64,000 nucleotides of DNA, from positions 64,001 through 128,000 of the forward strand of contig CAVPSJ010000017.1 in the NCBI GenBank assembly GCA_963708295.1, in the 5' to 3' direction. Below, one piece after another: positions 61,982-64,000 of this stretch; the first letter of the stretch is position 1, and each line of letters begins with the position of its first letter. The notes beneath the pieces were generated by a model. The model worked only from the letters and a program-made list of their open reading frames with translations, did no database searches and was not told the DNA's origin. Source of the DNA: an uncultured delta proteobacterium. GTDB lineage: Bacteria; Desulfobacterota; BSN033; UBA1163. A program made the position numbers and the translations under genes.

Positions 61982-64000
61982 ATGAAAGACGCATTTATAG
62001 CCATTCATGGTCATTTCTACCAGCCTCCCCGGGAAAACCCCTGGCTCGAAATCATCGAGACCGAGGAAAGCGCCCATCCCTTCCATGACTGGAACGAACG
62101 GATCACCCTGGAGTGCTACCGGCCCAATGCTCATGCCCGGGTCCTGGATGGAAAAGGCAAGATTCTGGAGATCGTCAATAATTATTCTTCGATCAGTTTC
62201 AATTTCGGCCCCACGCTTCTCCCCTGGCTGGAGAGGCGTTTTCCTTCGGTCTATCAGAAGATCCTTGAGGCGGACCGGGAAGGGTTGAAGCGATTTGGCC
62301 ATGGGAATGCCATCGCGCAGGTTTTTAACCACATCATCATGCCTTTGGCCAATGACAGGGATAAAGAGACAGAGGTTCTCTGGGGAACGGCCGATTTTGA
62401 AAAACGGTTTCATCGTAAGCCCGAGGCCCTGTGGCTTCCTGAAACAGCGGTCAACTATGCCACCCTTCGGACATTGGTCAAGTATGGGATGCGCTATCTC
62501 ATCCTGAGCCCCTTTCAGGCGTCGAGGGCAAAATCCTTCGGAGGGAGAAAGTGGACGGATGTATCGCAAGGCCGGATCGATACGACGCGACCTTACCGGT
62601 GTTTTATGAAAGACGCATCCGGCAAAAAGCTCTTAGATCAGTTCATCGACATCTTTTTTTACAACGGTACCGTTTCAAGGGAGATTGCCTTCGGGGATCT
62701 CTTAAAAGACGGCAATGCCCTCTGCGATCGATTTTCCCAATTCTACCAGCAGTCGAAGGAAAAACCTCAATTGATTCACATCGCGACGGATGGCGAGACC
62801 TACGGGCACCACATGAAATTTGGAGAGATGGGCCTGGCCTATGCGTTGGCCAAAGGCTTTCCAGCAAGGGGTTTTGAGCTGGTGAATTACGCGGCTTTTT
62901 TGAAGCGATTTCCTCCTGTCCACGAAGTGGAAATTGATGAGGGGCCGAAGGGAGAGGGAACCTCCTGGAGCTGTGCGCATGGTGTGGGGAGATGGAAAGA
63001 GAATTGTGGGTGCAGCACCGGAGGAGAGCCCGGATGGAATCAGGAATGGAGAAGACCCCTGCGGGAAGCTCTGGATCTTCTACGGGACGAGCTGAGCCGT
63101 GTTTTTGAGAGAGAAGGGGAAGGGATATTTCAAGATGTGTGGCAGGCTAGAAATGGATATATTGAAGTGATCCTCAACCGGTCTCCGGAGAAGGTCGAGA
63201 GCTTTTTTGAGCAATATGGGGTAAAAGGGCTCGATGAAAAGGGCAGGCTCAAAGGGCTCAAGCTCCTGGAAATGCAGAGGCACGCCTTACAGATGTATAC
63301 GAGTTGTGGCTGGTTTTTTGTCGACCTGTCAGGAATCGAAACGATCATCGTCCTTCAACATGCATCCAGGGCCATCCAGCTGGCCGCAGACTGGACAGGT
63401 GAAGAGATTGAGAGGACATTTGTTCAACATTTGTCGGAAGCCAGGAGCAATGTTCCTGAGATGGGAAAGGGCGATCAAGTTTACGAGCGTTTGGCAAAAC
63501 CGAAATGGGTCACGCCCGAAAAAGTGGTAAACCACTTTGCCATCACCTCCCTGTCGGATAGCGGGGACGGAGAGAAGAATGTCTTTTCGTATCGGGTGGA
63601 GAAGATTCACTACGAAAAAATGGAGGACGAAGAGAATTTGTCGGTCGTAGGCCAGGTGAGGGTCACCGGCGAAATCATTCCAGAGCCCAAAGAATTTCTC
63701 TTTGGATTGATTCCCTCCAAGAAAGAGGTTTTTCGGACCTGGATCCTGGAAAAGAAAGAAGGACTCGATTTTAGGACCTTAGAAGAGAAGGCACAAGAGA
63801 ACTTTGGCAAAGGTGAAGAAGAAATGGCCCGGGTTCTTACTTCACTCCTCGGGAATCGCATTTTCACCATTAAAGATACTTTTAAAGAGGAAAGACAAGC
63901 GATCTTTCGGAAACTCATCCAAGAAGAATTTGACGAACACTGCCAGATTTACGCTGACCTTTTCGACAGGACGAAGCAGGCGGTCGAGGCGTTATCCAGA
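61982..64000 (+). CDS. Glycoside hydrolase family 57 / DUF3536 protein (partial, runs off the window end)
   Basis: Manual: MKDAFIAIHGHFYQPPRENPW…HDWNERIT.ECY; NFGPTLL, WLPETA, ATDGETYGHH, SWSCAHGVGRW, MYTSCGWF. Absent from the ORF track because it has no stop in the window. Confidence 0.92.
   Translation, partial: MKDAFIAIHGHFYQPPRENPWLEIIETEESAHPFHDWNERITLECYRPNAHARVLDGKGKILEIVNNYSSISFNFGPTLLPWLERRFPSVYQKILEADREGLKRFGHGNAIAQVFNHIIMPLANDRDKETEVLWGTADFEKRFHRKPEALWLPETAVNYATLRTLVKYGMRYLILSPFQASRAKSFGGRKWTDVSQGRIDTTRPYRCFMKDASGKKLLDQFIDIFFYNGTVSREIAFGDLLKDGNALCDRFSQFYQQSKEKPQLIHIATDGETYGHHMKFGEMGLAYALAKGFPARGFELVNYAAFLKRFPPVHEVEIDEGPKGEGTSWSCAHGVGRWKENCGCSTGGEPGWNQEWRRPLREALDLLRDELSRVFEREGEGIFQDVWQARNGYIEVILNRSPEKVESFFEQYGVKGLDEKGRLKGLKLLEMQRHALQMYTSCGWFFVDLSGIETIIVLQHASRAIQLAADWTGEEIERTFVQHLSEARSNVPEMGKGDQVYERLAKPKWVTPEKVVNHFAITSLSDSGDGEKNVFSYRVEKIHYEKMEDEENLSVVGQVRVTGEIIPEPKEFLFGLIPSKKEVFRTWILEKKEGLDFRTLEEKAQENFGKGEEEMARVLTSLLGNRIFTIKDTFKEERQAIFRKLIQEEFDEHCQIYADLFDRTKQAVEALSR

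Overview
The window is about 64 kb of bacterial chromosome, most likely from an anaerobic Desulfobacterota/deltaproteobacterium; this is inferred from cytochrome c3, Sec-SelD and the Lol-Bam-Lpx gene order. From start to end it contains: (1) a sulfur/selenium-trafficking cluster (periplasmic rhodanese, YedF, a UGA-selenocysteine SelD missed by the ORF track, MoaD/ThiS); (2) a TPR lipoprotein, DsbC and two divergent response regulators; (3) a four-gene class I benzoyl-CoA-reductase / 2-hydroxyacyl-CoA-dehydratase-like cluster; (4) cytochrome c3, ResB, IHF and an HDAC-family protein; (5) a small accessory patch and a DRG-like GTPase; (6) rimO, lysS and a long envelope operon (lolC/E, cNMP-TPR protein, lolD, bamA, skp, lpxD, fabZ, lpxA, gnnA-like, lpxB, msbA, DUF374, waaA, lpxK); (7) leuACD; (8) a nine-gene, apparently sigma54-driven operon at 49.5-61.6 kb that couples two lipoproteins, a TolB-like propeller and a secreted TPR protein to a complete Opp/Dpp-type ABC importer; (9) a partial GH57/DUF3536 gene. 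One of the two lipoproteins in (8) is large and has beta-sandwich/PEGA repeats, a CsgG/FlgT-like core and TPRs. The two best candidates for undescribed biology are that operon and a window-wide family of intergenic 7- and 8-nt-period inverted repeat arrays that host nested small palindromic/MITE-like elements. Many single-base frameshifts, including in essential genes, look like long-read indel errors. No rRNA, tRNA, CRISPR array or transposase was recognised.
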